A stretch of 64,000 nucleotides of DNA, taken from assembly GCA_019244185.1 (NCBI GenBank), contig JAFATB010000005.1:112684-176683 (forward strand), read 5' to 3'. Below the pieces are notes generated by a model that saw nothing but the letters and a program-made list of their open reading frames with translations, did not search any database and was not told the origin of the DNA. This document shows, piece after piece, positions 54,046 through 64,000 of the stretch. Numbering within the stretch: the stretch's first letter is position 1; each line of letters begins with the position of its first letter. Both the position numbers and the translations under genes were made by a program. This stretch comes from Acidobacteriota bacterium. GTDB taxonomy: Bacteria > Acidobacteriota > Thermoanaerobaculia > Gp7-AA8.

Positions 54046-55026
54046 TCAGGCGCGCTCGCTATCCAACGCCTTCATTTGACGTTCGTCGTAGCGCGTGCCG
54101 GCCACCGCGTCGGCCGGCACCGCGCTCTCGATCTCGCGCAGCTCGTCGTCGGTCAGCGCCACGTCGAGTGCGCCGAGCGATTCGTCGAGTTGCGCGCGCG
54201 TGCGGGCGCCGATCACCGGAACGATGTTCGTTCCGCGCGCGAGCACCCACGCGATGGCGAGCTGCGTCGCGGTGATGCCGCGCTCGGCGGCGACGCGCTG
54301 CAAGGCGTCGATGAGCTTCTGGTTCTGCGCGCGGTTCTCGTCGCGGAAGCGCGGCATCGCGGCGCGAAAGTCGCCCTTGCCCGGCACCGAGCCAGCGAGC
54401 AGGCCGCGCGACAGCACGCCGTACGCCGTCACGCCGATGCCGAGCTCGCGCAGCGCGGGAAAGATCGCGCGCTCCGGCGTGCGGCTGATGAGCGAGTACT
54501 CGATCTGCAGGTCGGTGATCGGATGCACGGCGTGCGCGCGGCGGATCGTTTCCGCGCCGACTTCCGACAAGCCGATCGACCGCACGTAGCCCGCCTTCAC
54601 GAGCTCGGCGATCGCGCCGACCGTCTCTTCGATCGGCACGTTCGGATCGAGGCGCGAAGGTCGATAGAGATCAATGGAATCCACGCCGAGGCGCGTGAGC
54701 GAGTACGCGAGGAAATTGCGGATGGCGGCGGGACGCGTGTCGATGCCACCCCACGCGCCGTCGGGTCCGCGCATCGCGCCGAACTTCACGGAGAGCAGCA
54801 CGCGGTCGCGGCGGTCGCGGACCGCGCGGCCGACGAGCAGCTCGTTGTGGCCCATGCCGTAGAAGTCGCCGGTGTCGATGAGGTTGATGCCGCGGTCGAT
54901 GGCGGCGTGAATCGTGGCGATGGACTCGCGCTCGTCCGCGGCGCCGTACATGCCGGACATGCCCATGCAGCCGAGGGAGAGCGGGAAGACGTCGTAGCTG
55001 CCGAGGCGGCGGGTGGCGGTGGTCAT
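54046..55026 (-). CDS. aldo/keto reductase
   Basis: SLGCMGMSG, DTGDFYG, SVKFG, LQIEYSL; start re-chosen at ATG 55026. Confidence 0.93.
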   Translation of the reverse strand: MTTATRRLGSYDVFPLSLGCMGMSGMYGAADERESIATIHAAIDRGINLIDTGDFYGMGHNELLVGRAVRDRRDRVLLSVKFGAMRGPDGAWGGIDTRPAAIRNFLAYSLTRLGVDSIDLYRPSRLDPNVPIEETVGAIAELVKAGYVRSIGLSEVGAETIRRAHAVHPITDLQIEYSLISRTPERAIFPALRELGIGVTAYGVLSRGLLAGSVPGKGDFRAAMPRFRDENRAQNQKLIDALQRVAAERGITATQLAIAWVLARGTNIVPVIGARTRAQLDESLGALDVALTDDELREIESAVPADAVAGTRYDERQMKALDSERA

Positions 55027-58000
55027 GAGGATGAGTGCGATGGAAAGGCGGGGCTCACGAGCACCCACGCGTTGCGGCCGTTGTGCTTGGCCTCGTACAG
55101 CGCGCCGTCGGCCATGTCGACCACGCGCTCGAACGACACCTCGCGCGGCGCGCGGTGCGAGACGGGCCAGGCCGCAACGCCGATCGAACAGGTGCGGCGC
55201 AGCGTCGCGCCGTCGGGCAACGGAAACGCGTGCGCCTCGACGGCGACGCGGACTTTTTCGGCGATGTCCGGCGCGAGCGCGCGGTCGACGAAGCGGATCA
55301 CGATGAGGAACTCCTCACCGCCCCAGCGCACGATGACGTCGGACGCGCGGACGCTCTGCTTCAGCACGCGCGCGAGCTCGGCGAGGACCATGTCGCCCGC
55401 CGCGTGGCCGTGACGGTCGTTGACGCTCTTGAAGTGATCGAGGTCGATGAGCAGCACGACGAGGTCGGTGCGTCCGCGCATCGCGAGCTCGAGATCGGCG
55501 TCGATGGTCTGCTCGAGATAGCGGCGGTTGCGCAGCTGCGTGAGCGGATCGGTGAGGCTCGCCTCTTCGATGCGCCTGAGGCAGTCGACAGCTCGCTCGT
55601 GCGCTCCGCGACGAGCGTCTCGAGCTGCAGCTGCCGCGCGCGCAACTGGCGCACGCGCAGGCGGTACGCGAGGTAGATCAACGCCGCGAACGCAAGCGCC
55701 GCGAGCGCGCGGAACCACGCGGTCTGATAGAACCGCGGGATGACCGTGACGGGCAGCCGCAGCTCGCGCGCGCTCCAGCGGCCGTCGCGCGTCGTGACGC
55801 CGGCGCGCAGGACGTAGTGGCCGGGCGGGAGGCGGCTGTACGTGATCGAGCGTTGCGAGGCGCCGGCGAGCGTCCAGTCGGCGTCGAGGCCGTCGAGCTT
55901 GTAGCGGTATTGCTGGCGCGCCGCGTCGGCGAAATCGAGCGCGGCGAGATCGAGCGTGAAGCTGCGCTCGCGCGGCCTCAGCGTGAGCGCGTGCAGCACT
56001 TCCGCGCCGGCGCGTTCCTTCCCTTCGACGCGCAGCGCGGTGGCGACGATCGGCGCGTCGTCGCTCGCGCGCGGGAGCTGCGCGGGATCGACGAGGAGCA
56101 GGCCTTCCGGCGAGCCGAAGAGCAGCCGCCCGTCGCGCGTCCGCGCGCGGCTGGCGATGAAGAAGTTGCGGAAGGTGACGCCGTCGGCGGCATCGAACGT
56201 CGTCACGGCGAGTGTGCGCGGTTCGACGCGCGTCCGCGGGCCGATCCAGACGTGGCCGCTCGCGTCTTCGATGAGCGCCTCGGCGGACGACGAGGTTACC
56301 GGTGTAAACCGTGCGGTGTGTCCGTCCCACGACTCGAGGATCGCCGCGCCGCCGGCGGTGCCGGCCCAGAGGCGGCCGTCGCGCGCGAGGAGCAGGTCGG
56401 GCACCCAGTTGTCCGGCAGCGTGTCGCGCCGCGAACGATCGCGCGCGATGCGCGTCGCGATCTCCGTCCGCGGATCGAATGCGTAGAGGCCGTTGTCGCT
56501 GCCGATCCAGAGCGTGCCGTCGGGCGCGGCGACGATTGACTCGATCGCCGGCGACGACTTCGCCGCCGCCCCCGGCCAGCGTTTGTACGTGCGCGCGGCC
56601 AGCGTGCGCGGATCGATGCGCGCCATCCCTTCCGCCGCGCCCGCCCAAACGATGCCGTCGCGCGTGAAGGCGATGCTGCGGATCGGACCGCCCGCGAGCT
56701 GCGCGGCGGCGATGCGCTCGAAGCGCGTCGCGCCGGGACGCAGCCGGTGCAGCATCGAGTTGAGCGTTGCCACCCACATGCTGCCGTCGTCGGATTGCGC
56801 GAGACAGGTGATGCTCCCGTCGGCGAGCGCGCCGGGATCGTTCACGTTCGGACGGAAGCCGCGCACGCGATGCAGGTCGCGATCGAAGACGTCGATGCCG
56901 TTGCCGTTCGTACCGACCCACAGCGAGCCGTCGCGCAGCTCGAGCGCGCGCACGGCGGCGCGGTGCGTGAGTCCGTCGATGCGATTGGGACTGAAGCGCA
57001 GCGCGCGGAACGCGCGCGTGCGCGGATCGTGTCGCGCCAGTCCTTCGCCCCACGTGCCGACCCACACGATGCCTGAACGGTCGCGGAAGATCGCGCCGAT
57101 GCGGTCGTCGCGCAGCGTGTCGTCGAGCAGCGGATCGGGACGCAGCCGGTCGACGATCGCCAACGTTGTTTCGTCGATGACGTCGATGCCGCCGCCGAAC
57201 GTCGCCACCCACAGCTCGCCCGGCGCCGCTTCCGCGAACCCGTAGACCCAGTAGTGACTGAGGCCGTTCGGATCCCGCGGCCGCGGCATGAACGGATGCA
57301 CGGCGCCCGTCGCCGGATCGAGCATCGCCGCGCCATGCTCCTCGGTGCCGATCCAGATCCGCCCGCGCGCGTCTTCGAAGAGCTTCGTGACGTACTGCCC
57401 CGCGAAGCCGAAGCGATCGAAGCCACGTCCGTCGGCGCGCTGGCGCTGCAGCCCATCACGCGAGCCGATCCAGAGCTTGCCGTTGCGATCGACGAGCAGC
57501 CCGCGCACGCGGTCGTCGGCGAGGCTCTGCGGATCGTTCGAATCATGGCGGAAATGCGTGATGCGCTTCGTGCGCGGATCGAAGCGGTCGAGTCCCGCGC
57601 TCGTCGCGATCCAGGTCGCGCCGTCGCGCGTCTCCGCGAGTCCTTCCACGCGGTCGTACGCGATCGTGTTCGCGTCGCGCGGATCGTGCTGCATGCGCGT
57701 GAAGCGTTCCGTGCGCGGATCGAAGATCGAGATCCCGCCGCTGAAGCTGCCGGCCCACAGCCGTCCGTCCGACGCCACGAGCAGCGCGCGCACGTAGTTG
57801 CCGGCGAGCGTCGACGGATCGGACGGCGTCGCGCGGAAGACGCGGAAGTCGTAGCCGTCGTAGCGCACGAGACCGCCCTGCGTGCCGAACCAGAGCAGCC
57901 CCGCGCGATCCTGCGCGATGGCGCTGCACAGATGCGCCGGCACGTCGGGCGGAACGGCGACGCGCTGGAACGACACGAGCGCGACGCGCGATGCATCCGC

Positions 58001-58063
58001 GAACGCGGAACAAGCCCACGCGCAGGCGAGCGCCATCACGACGCGGCGGAGGTTGCGGACCAC
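55023..58063 (-). pseudogene. propeller-repeat / Y_Y_Y sensor diguanylate cyclase, frameshifted near 55578
   Basis: Frame 1 (58063 to ~55580): signal peptide, Reg_prop repeats (LWFGT, GLDRFD), YRYKLDG, TM; frame 2 (~55577 to 55023): TDPLTQLRNRR, DLDHFKSVND, RWGGEEF. Confidence 0.85.
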
Positions 58064-58108
58064 GGGCGCGATTTTACGCGCGGTGTCGCGGTCCGCTGAA
58101 CGCCCTGC

Positions 58109-60784
58109 CTACGCGCTCAGCAGCTCGCGCAGCGCGCCGGTGGCGCGGTCGAGCGCCTCGTTCAGCTTGTCCGCGTCCTTGCCGCCGGCTTGCGCGAGGT
58201 CGGGCTTGCCGCCGCCTTTGCCGCCGACGATCGGCGCGAGCTTGCCGATGAGCGTGTTCGCCTGCACGCGGTCGAGGAGGTCCTTCGTCACCGCGGTGAG
58301 GAGCGTGACCTTGCCGTCCGCGGCGCTGCCGAGGACCACGACGCCGGACTTCAGCTTCGAGCGGAACGTGTCGGCGAGGTTGCGCAGGTCGCCGCCGGAC
58401 ACGTCGTCGACGCGGCGCGCGATGAGCTTCACGCCGTCGACGTCGACAGAATCATCCGAAGGCTGCGCGCCAGCCGATGCGCCGCCGCCGGTGGCGAGGC
58501 GCACCTTCATCGTCTTCAGCTCTTTCTCGAGCTGCTTCTGCTTCTCCTGCAGCGAGCGCACGTACGCGGGCAGCTCGTCGAGCGCGACGTTCGCCTGCGA
58601 GGCGAGCGTGTGCGTGGCGTCGTCGAGCTTCTGAAAATACGCGAGCGCGCCGGGGCCGGTGAGCGCTTCCATGCGCCGCACGCCGGCCGCGAGCGAGCGG
58701 TCGGAGGTGATCTTGAAGACGCCGATGTCGCCGGTGCGGTTGACGTGGCAGCCGCCGCAGAACTCGCGCGAGTAACCGCCCGCGGCGACGATGCGCACCA
58801 TGTCGCCGTACTTTTCGCCGAACATCGCCACCGCGCCGCTCTGCTTCGCGTCGGCGATCGGCATCACGGTCTTCGTCACTTCGAGATTCGCGCGGATCTG
58901 CTCGTTCACCGCGGCTTCGATCTGCTTGAGCTGCGCGTCGGTGAGCGGCTGGTGATGCGTGTAGTCGAAGCGCAGGCGATCCGGCGCGACGAGCGAGCCG
59001 GCCTGCTGCACCGTCGGCCCGAGGATGTCCTTGAGCGCCTTGTGCAAGAGGTGCGTCGCGGTGTGGTTCGAGGTGGTGGCAAGACGCACGGGTACGGGCA
59101 CGGAGGCTCGGATGTTCGCTCCGACAGAAAGCGAGCCTTCGTCGACGCGCACGCGCGCGACCGGCAGCTCGCCGACCGGTTTGAACGTGTCGAGCACGGT
59201 GGCGCGGCCGCCGTCCCACACGAGCGTGCCGGTGTCGCCGATCTGTCCGCCCGACTCCGCGTAGAACGGCGTCGGCGAGAGCACGACCTCCCCTTCGCTG
59301 CCGTGATGCAGCGCGTCGCGCTCGGCGCCGTCGATGACGATGGCCTTGACTTGGGAGTCGACGTCGGTGAGGCGTTCGTAGCCGACGAACTCGACGGGAC
59401 CGGCTTTCTCCGCAATCGCGGCGAAGGTGCCGGCATCCGCGGAGGTCTGGAACTTCGACGACGCCTTCGCCTTCGCGCGCGCGTCGCTCATCATCAGCTC
59501 GAAGCCGGCGCGGTCGAGCGTGACGCCTTCCTCTTCCGCCATCTCCGCGATCAGGTCGATCGGAATGCCGTAGGTGTCGTAGAGGCGGAAGACTTCCGCG
59601 CCGCCGAGGGTCGTCTCGCCGCGGTGGCGGACATCGTCAAGCACTTGACCAACGCGCTCCATGCCGGTGGTGAGCGTGCGGGAGAAGCGCTCCTCTTCTG
59701 ATTCGAGCGTCTTCACGATCGCCTCGCGGCGGTCGCGCAGTTCGGGATACGCGTCGGCCATCGCATCGATCACGGAGTCGACGAGCTGCGTGAGCAGCAC
59801 GGCGTTCGGCAGCTTGCGGCCGAAGCGGATCGCGCGGCGAATGATGCGGCGCAGCACGTAGCCGCGCCCTTCGTTCGACGGGATGACGCCGTCGCTGATG
59901 AGGAACGTCGACGCGCGCGCGTGATCGCAGAGCACGCGCACGGCGGTGTCGAGGTCGTCCTCCATGTCGCCGCCGTACGTGTAGCCGCTCAGCGACTCGA
60001 TGCGGCGCAGGATCGGCGTGAAAAGGTCGGTGTCGTAGTTCGTGCCGGCTTTCTGCAGCACGAGCGCGATGCGCTCGAGTCCCATGCCGGTATCGACCGA
60101 CGGCGCGGGCAGCGGATGGAGCACGCCGTTCTCGTCGCGGTCGTACTGCATGAAGACGAGGTTCCACACCTCCATCGTGTCGTCGCCGGGACCGTTCACG
60201 AGCTCGGGGACGTTCTTCGAGAGATCGTCGCCGCGGAAGTAGTGGATCTCCGAGCACGGGCCGCACGGACCCGTGTCGCCCATCTGCCAGAAGTTGTCTT
60301 TCTTGCCGAAGCGCAGCACGCGCTCGGGCCGCGCGCCCGCCTGGATCCAGAGCTGCTCCGCTTCCTCATCCGCCGGCACGCCGTCGGTGCCTTCGAAGAC
60401 GGTGAACCAGAGGCGCTCGACTTCGAGGCCGTAGACGTTGACCAGGAGGTCCCACGCGAAGCGGACCGCGTCCGCTTTGAAGTAGTCGCCGAAGGAGAAG
60501 TTGCCGAGCATCTCGAAGAACGTGTGATGGCGCGCGGTGCGGCCGACGTTCTCGAGGTCGTTGTGCTTGCCGCCGGCGCGGACGCATTTCTGCGAGGTCG
60601 TGGCGCGGTTGTAGTCACGCGGCTCGCGGCCGAGGAAGACGTCCTTGAACTGATTCATCCCGGCGTTCGTGAAGAGCAGCGTCGGATCGCCCGCGGGGAC
60701 GAGCGACGAGCTGGCCACGCGGCGGTGGCCGTGCTTCTCGAAATAGCGGAGGAACTCTTCACGAATCTGGCTGGCGGTCAGCAA
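58109..60784 (-). CDS. alaS: alanine--tRNA ligase
   Basis: DPTLLFTNAGMNQFK, HHTFFEMLGNFSFGDYFK, DTGMGLER, NHTATHLL, EFCGGCH, GGKGGG. Confidence 0.98.
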   Translation of the reverse strand: MLTASQIREEFLRYFEKHGHRRVASSSLVPAGDPTLLFTNAGMNQFKDVFLGREPRDYNRATTSQKCVRAGGKHNDLENVGRTARHHTFFEMLGNFSFGDYFKADAVRFAWDLLVNVYGLEVERLWFTVFEGTDGVPADEEAEQLWIQAGARPERVLRFGKKDNFWQMGDTGPCGPCSEIHYFRGDDLSKNVPELVNGPGDDTMEVWNLVFMQYDRDENGVLHPLPAPSVDTGMGLERIALVLQKAGTNYDTDLFTPILRRIESLSGYTYGGDMEDDLDTAVRVLCDHARASTFLISDGVIPSNEGRGYVLRRIIRRAIRFGRKLPNAVLLTQLVDSVIDAMADAYPELRDRREAIVKTLESEEERFSRTLTTGMERVGQVLDDVRHRGETTLGGAEVFRLYDTYGIPIDLIAEMAEEEGVTLDRAGFELMMSDARAKAKASSKFQTSADAGTFAAIAEKAGPVEFVGYERLTDVDSQVKAIVIDGAERDALHHGSEGEVVLSPTPFYAESGGQIGDTGTLVWDGGRATVLDTFKPVGELPVARVRVDEGSLSVGANIRASVPVPVRLATTSNHTATHLLHKALKDILGPTVQQAGSLVAPDRLRFDYTHHQPLTDAQLKQIEAAVNEQIRANLEVTKTVMPIADAKQSGAVAMFGEKYGDMVRIVAAGGYSREFCGGCHVNRTGDIGVFKITSDRSLAAGVRRMEALTGPGALAYFQKLDDATHTLASQANVALDELPAYVRSLQEKQKQLEKELKTMKVRLATGGGASAGAQPSDDSVDVDGVKLIARRVDDVSGGDLRNLADTFRSKLKSGVVVLGSAADGKVTLLTAVTKDLLDRVQANTLIGKLAPIVGGKGGGKPDLAQAGGKDADKLNEALDRATGALRELLSA

Positions 60785-61262
60785 CCTGGATCTCCTTCAG
60801 CGCCTGGGCAATGAGCCCGGCATCGTAACCTTGATTCAACAGATAAATCGTCAGTTTGTTTCGCCCCTCCGCCGTCCGCAGGTACTCCTCGCCGTGGCGG
60901 CGGACGAGCTGTCGCGCGCGGCGTGCGGCGACGGAGGCCAGCGCCTCGCGCTCGCGCTCCTCGTCGACGTGCTCGGCCACGGCGCTGGCGGCGAGGCCGG
61001 CGTCGACGCCGGCCGCTTCGAGCGCGCGGCGGATGCGGTTGCGTCCGACTTTCTTCAGCGCCTGCGTGCGCACGAACGCGCCCGCGAAGCGCTCGTCGTC
61101 CAGCCAGCGCTCCGCGCGCAGCTTCTCGATGGTGGCGTCGATGACGTCGCGCCCGAACTTTTTCGCGCGCAGCTTCCGCCGCAGCTCCCCCTCGCTGTTG
61201 AAGCGGTACTGCAGGATGCGCAGCGCGGCCAGATGGCAGGCCTCGACGGTGTCCTCGGGCAT
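60759..61262 (-). CDS. recX: regulatory protein RecX
   Basis: ALRILQYRFNSEGELRRKL, WLDDERFA, GRNRIRRAL, YLLNQGY; directly upstream of alaS. Confidence 0.85.
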   Translation of the reverse strand: MPEDTVEACHLAALRILQYRFNSEGELRRKLRAKKFGRDVIDATIEKLRAERWLDDERFAGAFVRTQALKKVGRNRIRRALEAAGVDAGLAASAVAEHVDEEREREALASVAARRARQLVRRHGEEYLRTAEGRNKLTIYLLNQGYDAGLIAQALKEIQVADRQPDS

Positions 61263-61287
61263 GACCGGAAGTGTAGCGGATGGACCG

Positions 61288-61345
61288 ACATTCAGCCGCG
61301 ACGCTGAATATCCGTTGACAAACATTCAGCCGCGTGGCTGAATGT
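61288..61345 (+). promoter_or_regulatory. two tandem palindromic operators flanking a TTGACA -35
   Basis: ACATTCAGC-CGCGAC-GCTGAATAT (61288-61311); TTGACA (61315-61320); ACATTCAGCC-GCGT-GGCTGAATGT (61322-61345, perfect 10-4-10). Confidence 0.8.
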
Positions 61346-61353
61346 CGCACGGG

Positions 61354-61656
61354 ATGGCGGGGCGGGAGTCGAAGTCGCGTCTGGACGCGTACGAGGCGGT
61401 GTTCGGCGCGCTGGCACATCCGGCGCGGCGGCGCATCCTCCTCGCGGTCTACTTCGCCCACGGCGAGATGAGCGCCGGCGAGATCGCGGCGATGTTCCCG
61501 CACGCGTGGCAGACCACCACGCGGCATCTGCAGGTACTGGAGGCGGCGGGGCTGCTCAGTCACGAGCGGCAGGGGCGGAACCGGATTTACCGGCTCGAAC
61601 GGAAGCGGCTGACGCTGGTCACGGAGTGGCTCGCTACGTTTTTCAGAAAACCTTGA
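61354..61656 (+). CDS. ArsR/SmtB family regulator
   Basis: VFGALAHPARRRIL...GEIA...TRHLQVLEAAGLL...QGRNRIYRL; start at 61354 or 61342. Confidence 0.88.
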   Translation: MAGRESKSRLDAYEAVFGALAHPARRRILLAVYFAHGEMSAGEIAAMFPHAWQTTTRHLQVLEAAGLLSHERQGRNRIYRLERKRLTLVTEWLATFFRKP

Positions 61657-61667
61657 CGGAGGATTCC

Positions 61668-62078
61668 ATGACCCAGAAATCGAACCCCGACACGCCGCAG
61701 CTGTTCCGCCTGAACATCGAGGTCGCCGATCTCGAGAAAGCGATCGCGTTCTACGGCGAGCTTCTCCGTCTCGACGGACGCCGCCAGCCCGGCGCGCGCT
61801 GCTACTTCCAGTGCGGCGCGGTGACGGTCGTCGTCCTCGACGTCTCGTCGGTGCGGCCGCCGCAGATCGCTCCGAAGGCGCTCTACTTCACGGTCAAGGA
61901 TCTCGACGCCGTCTTCGCGCGCGCGCAGAACCTCGGCTGCCTCTCGCAGGAGTCGGTGCACGACGCGCCCGGCGGCGGCATCGTGGTGCGGCCGTGGGGC
62001 GAGCGCTCGTTCTACGCGGAAGACCCGTGGAAGAACCCGCTCTGCTTCGTCGAGGAAGGCACCGTCTACCCCGGCTGA
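61668..62078 (+). CDS. VOC/glyoxalase family protein
   Basis: VADLEKAIAFY, LYFTVKDLD, PWGERSFYAEDPWKN; GGAGG RBS. Confidence 0.88.
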   Translation: MTQKSNPDTPQLFRLNIEVADLEKAIAFYGELLRLDGRRQPGARCYFQCGAVTVVVLDVSSVRPPQIAPKALYFTVKDLDAVFARAQNLGCLSQESVHDAPGGGIVVRPWGERSFYAEDPWKNPLCFVEEGTVYPG

Positions 62079-62096
62079 GCGGCGTACCATCGCGAC

Positions 62097-62960
62097 ATGA
62101 AGCGTTGGCTCGCGCTCTCGCTGCTCGTGCTCGCGCCGGTTCTGTTCGCAGCGCCGGTGACGATCGCCGTCGACATCACGAAGAGCGGCCAGGTCTTCGT
62201 GCCCGTGCGCCTCAACCGCTCGCGCGCGCTTTCGTTCATCCTCGACACCGCGGCGCCGACGTCGGCCGATCCGTCGATCCTGAAGGAACTGCAGCTCCCG
62301 GTGCAGCGCGGCTATCGCGGCCAGGGCACCGGCTCCGCGCCGGTCGATCTCACGCGCACGGCGGACGTCGACCTCACCGCCGGCGCGTACACGCTGCGCA
62401 TGCCGCTCTTCGGCACGCGCGTCAAGCCGCTCGAAGCGAGTCTCGGTCACACCATCGACGGCATCCTCGGCGCGGAGCTCTTCGCGCGCACCGCCGTCGA
62501 GATCGACTACGAGCATCGCCTGCTGCGCATCGGCGTCGCGCCGCCGAAACGCGGCGTGCGCATCCCGATCGCGATGAAGCACCAGTTCCCGCACGCGGAC
62601 GTGACGCTCGACACCGGCAACGGTCCGGTGAAGGGCACGTTCCTCATCGACACCGGCGCGAACACCACGTTCGACATCTACAAGCCATTCGCCGACGCGC
62701 ACGCGATCACGCCCGCGACGGCGCTCGGCACCACGACCGGCGCGGGCACCGGCGGCCAGTCGCAGCTTCTGAAAACGACGATCAGGACGGCGACGCTCGG
62801 CTCCATCGCGCTGCACGATCTCACCGTCTATCTGCCGCAGGACACGCAGGGACTGCTCGCCGTCAACGACGTCGCCGGTCTCCTCGGCACGCTGCTGCTG
62901 CAGCGCTACGACGTCGTCATCGACGAGCCGCGGCAGACGATGATCCTCTCGCCCCGCTGA
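62097..62960 (+). CDS. secreted retropepsin-like aspartyl protease (two domains)
   Basis: FILDTAA and FLIDTGA; DGILG and GLLG motifs. Confidence 0.85.
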   Translation: MKRWLALSLLVLAPVLFAAPVTIAVDITKSGQVFVPVRLNRSRALSFILDTAAPTSADPSILKELQLPVQRGYRGQGTGSAPVDLTRTADVDLTAGAYTLRMPLFGTRVKPLEASLGHTIDGILGAELFARTAVEIDYEHRLLRIGVAPPKRGVRIPIAMKHQFPHADVTLDTGNGPVKGTFLIDTGANTTFDIYKPFADAHAITPATALGTTTGAGTGGQSQLLKTTIRTATLGSIALHDLTVYLPQDTQGLLAVNDVAGLLGTLLLQRYDVVIDEPRQTMILSPR

Positions 62961-62972
62961 CGGCGCATCGGA

Positions 62973-63416
62973 CTATCGCGCGAACCACGGCGTCCAGACG
63001 ACGTAGCCGTAGTCGTGGCTGCGCACACCGATGCGCACGTTGCCGGACGCGCCGGTGATGCTCGCCTTCAGCTGCACGCGCTCGCCGGCGGCCACCTCGT
63101 ACGTCTCCGAATGCCGCCACCCCGCTACGGCGTGCCGCGCGTGCGTACTGCCCGACTGCACCTCGACGATGAGATACGGATGCTCGAGCGTGCCGCCGAA
63201 GACGAACGGCTCCTGCGAGTAGTTGCGCAACTCGAGGATCACGTCGCCATTCGTGGTGACGGAGCCGACCGAGAGCGTCAGCCCGATCGGCGGATCTTCG
63301 CCGTCGTCAGCGCCGTTGTCGCGCGGCGCGAAGACGCCGGTGCCGGTGCGCGTGGAGGACGTCGTGGTGACGCAGGCAGAGGCCAGCACGAGCAGTGCAA
63401 TCGCAGACCATCGCAT
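62973..63416 (-). CDS. hypothetical lipoprotein
   Basis: MRWSAIALLVLASAC lipobox. Confidence 0.65.
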   Translation of the reverse strand: MRWSAIALLVLASACVTTTSSTRTGTGVFAPRDNGADDGEDPPIGLTLSVGSVTTNGDVILELRNYSQEPFVFGGTLEHPYLIVEVQSGSTHARHAVAGWRHSETYEVAAGERVQLKASITGASGNVRIGVRSHDYGYVVWTPWFAR

Positions 63417-63504
63417 CGAAACGTCCTCGCTGTTTCGAGCGATTGTAGAAGCGCGCGGCGCGCGAACGCGTTCGCGGCGCGCGAATGTCACCACTCCGTC
63501 ATCG

Positions 63505-64000
63505 CTACAGCGAGTTGCTGAAGTCGAACGGGCTCTCGTCGCCGAACGGATCTTCCGGCGCGCCGGAGATGGTGAGCTTCTGCTCCATCTCCTCGCGCGA
63601 CATGTCGGACGTCGACTGGATGCCCGACAGCTTGAGGCGGAACTCGTCGGGATTCGACGCGCGACGCAGCGCTTCGTCGAGCGTGATCAGGCCGTTCTTG
63701 TACAGCGTGTAGAGCGACTGATCGAACGTCTGCATGCCGTACTGCGACGTGCCGGCCGCGATCGCGTCCTTGATCAGCTTCGTCTTCTCCTTGGTCTCGA
63801 TGCAATCCCGGATGTAGCCGGTCGAGATCAGCACCTCGGCCGCCGGGACGCGGCCCAGGCCGTCGGCGCGTGGCAGAAGGCGAAGGGAAATGACGGCCTT
63901 GAGCACGGCCGCGAGCTGGAGGCGGATCTGTTTCTGCTGATGCGGCGGAAAGACCGCGATGATTCGGTTGATCGTTTCCGTCGCGTCCATCGTGTGGAGC
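63505..64000 (-). CDS. pilT: type IV pilus retraction ATPase PilT/PilU, C-terminal part (5' truncated by window)
   Basis: ATETINRIIAVFP, GRVPAAEVL, YGMQTFDQSL. Confidence 0.85.
   Translation of the reverse strand, partial: LHTMDATETINRIIAVFPPHQQKQIRLQLAAVLKAVISLRLLPRADGLGRVPAAEVLISTGYIRDCIETKEKTKLIKDAIAAGTSQYGMQTFDQSLYTLYKNGLITLDEALRRASNPDEFRLKLSGIQSTSDMSREEMEQKLTISGAPEDPFGDESPFDFSNSL

Noticed and set aside
55560-55600. Programmed ribosomal frameshift in the GGDEF sensor
   Set aside because: No slippery sequence or evident stimulatory structure at the junction

Overview
High-GC, densely coding bacterial chromosome segment with about 60 CDSs. I saw no rRNA, tRNA, CRISPR array, transposase or phage genes. 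Gene style (secreted proteins ending in a PRRRAVR tail, an ECF sigma paired with a zf-HC2/TPR/CHAT protein) suggests Acidobacteriota, class Thermoanaerobaculia; this is inference. Housekeeping anchors are rsmA (partial), perR/fur-ahpC-ahpD, ftsK, methylmalonyl-CoA mutase, folE, alaS, recX and pilT (partial). Main observations: (1) an NitT/TauT-type ABC operon whose solute-binding protein reads through an in-frame TGA in a U-H-L-A-C motif, probably a selenoprotein missed by the ORF track, with a 7-nt tandem repeat at the start of the upstream permease; (2) a lower-GC five-gene cassette of ECF sigma, membrane anti-sigma fused to TPR and a caspase-like CHAT protease, an unknown protein, a papain-like protease and another unknown protein; (3) a shared C-terminal PRRRAVR tail on unrelated secreted proteins; (4) two copies of a ~150-bp long-inverted-repeat element; (5) a 1-bp frameshift separating a propeller sensor from its GGDEF domain; (6) operator/promoter sites for a PerR-like and an ArsR regulator; (7) a 50-aa ORF, absent from the track, coupled to a nucleotidyltransferase. 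Product calls come from motif recognition by eye; no searches were run. Several start codons were re-chosen relative to the ORF track.
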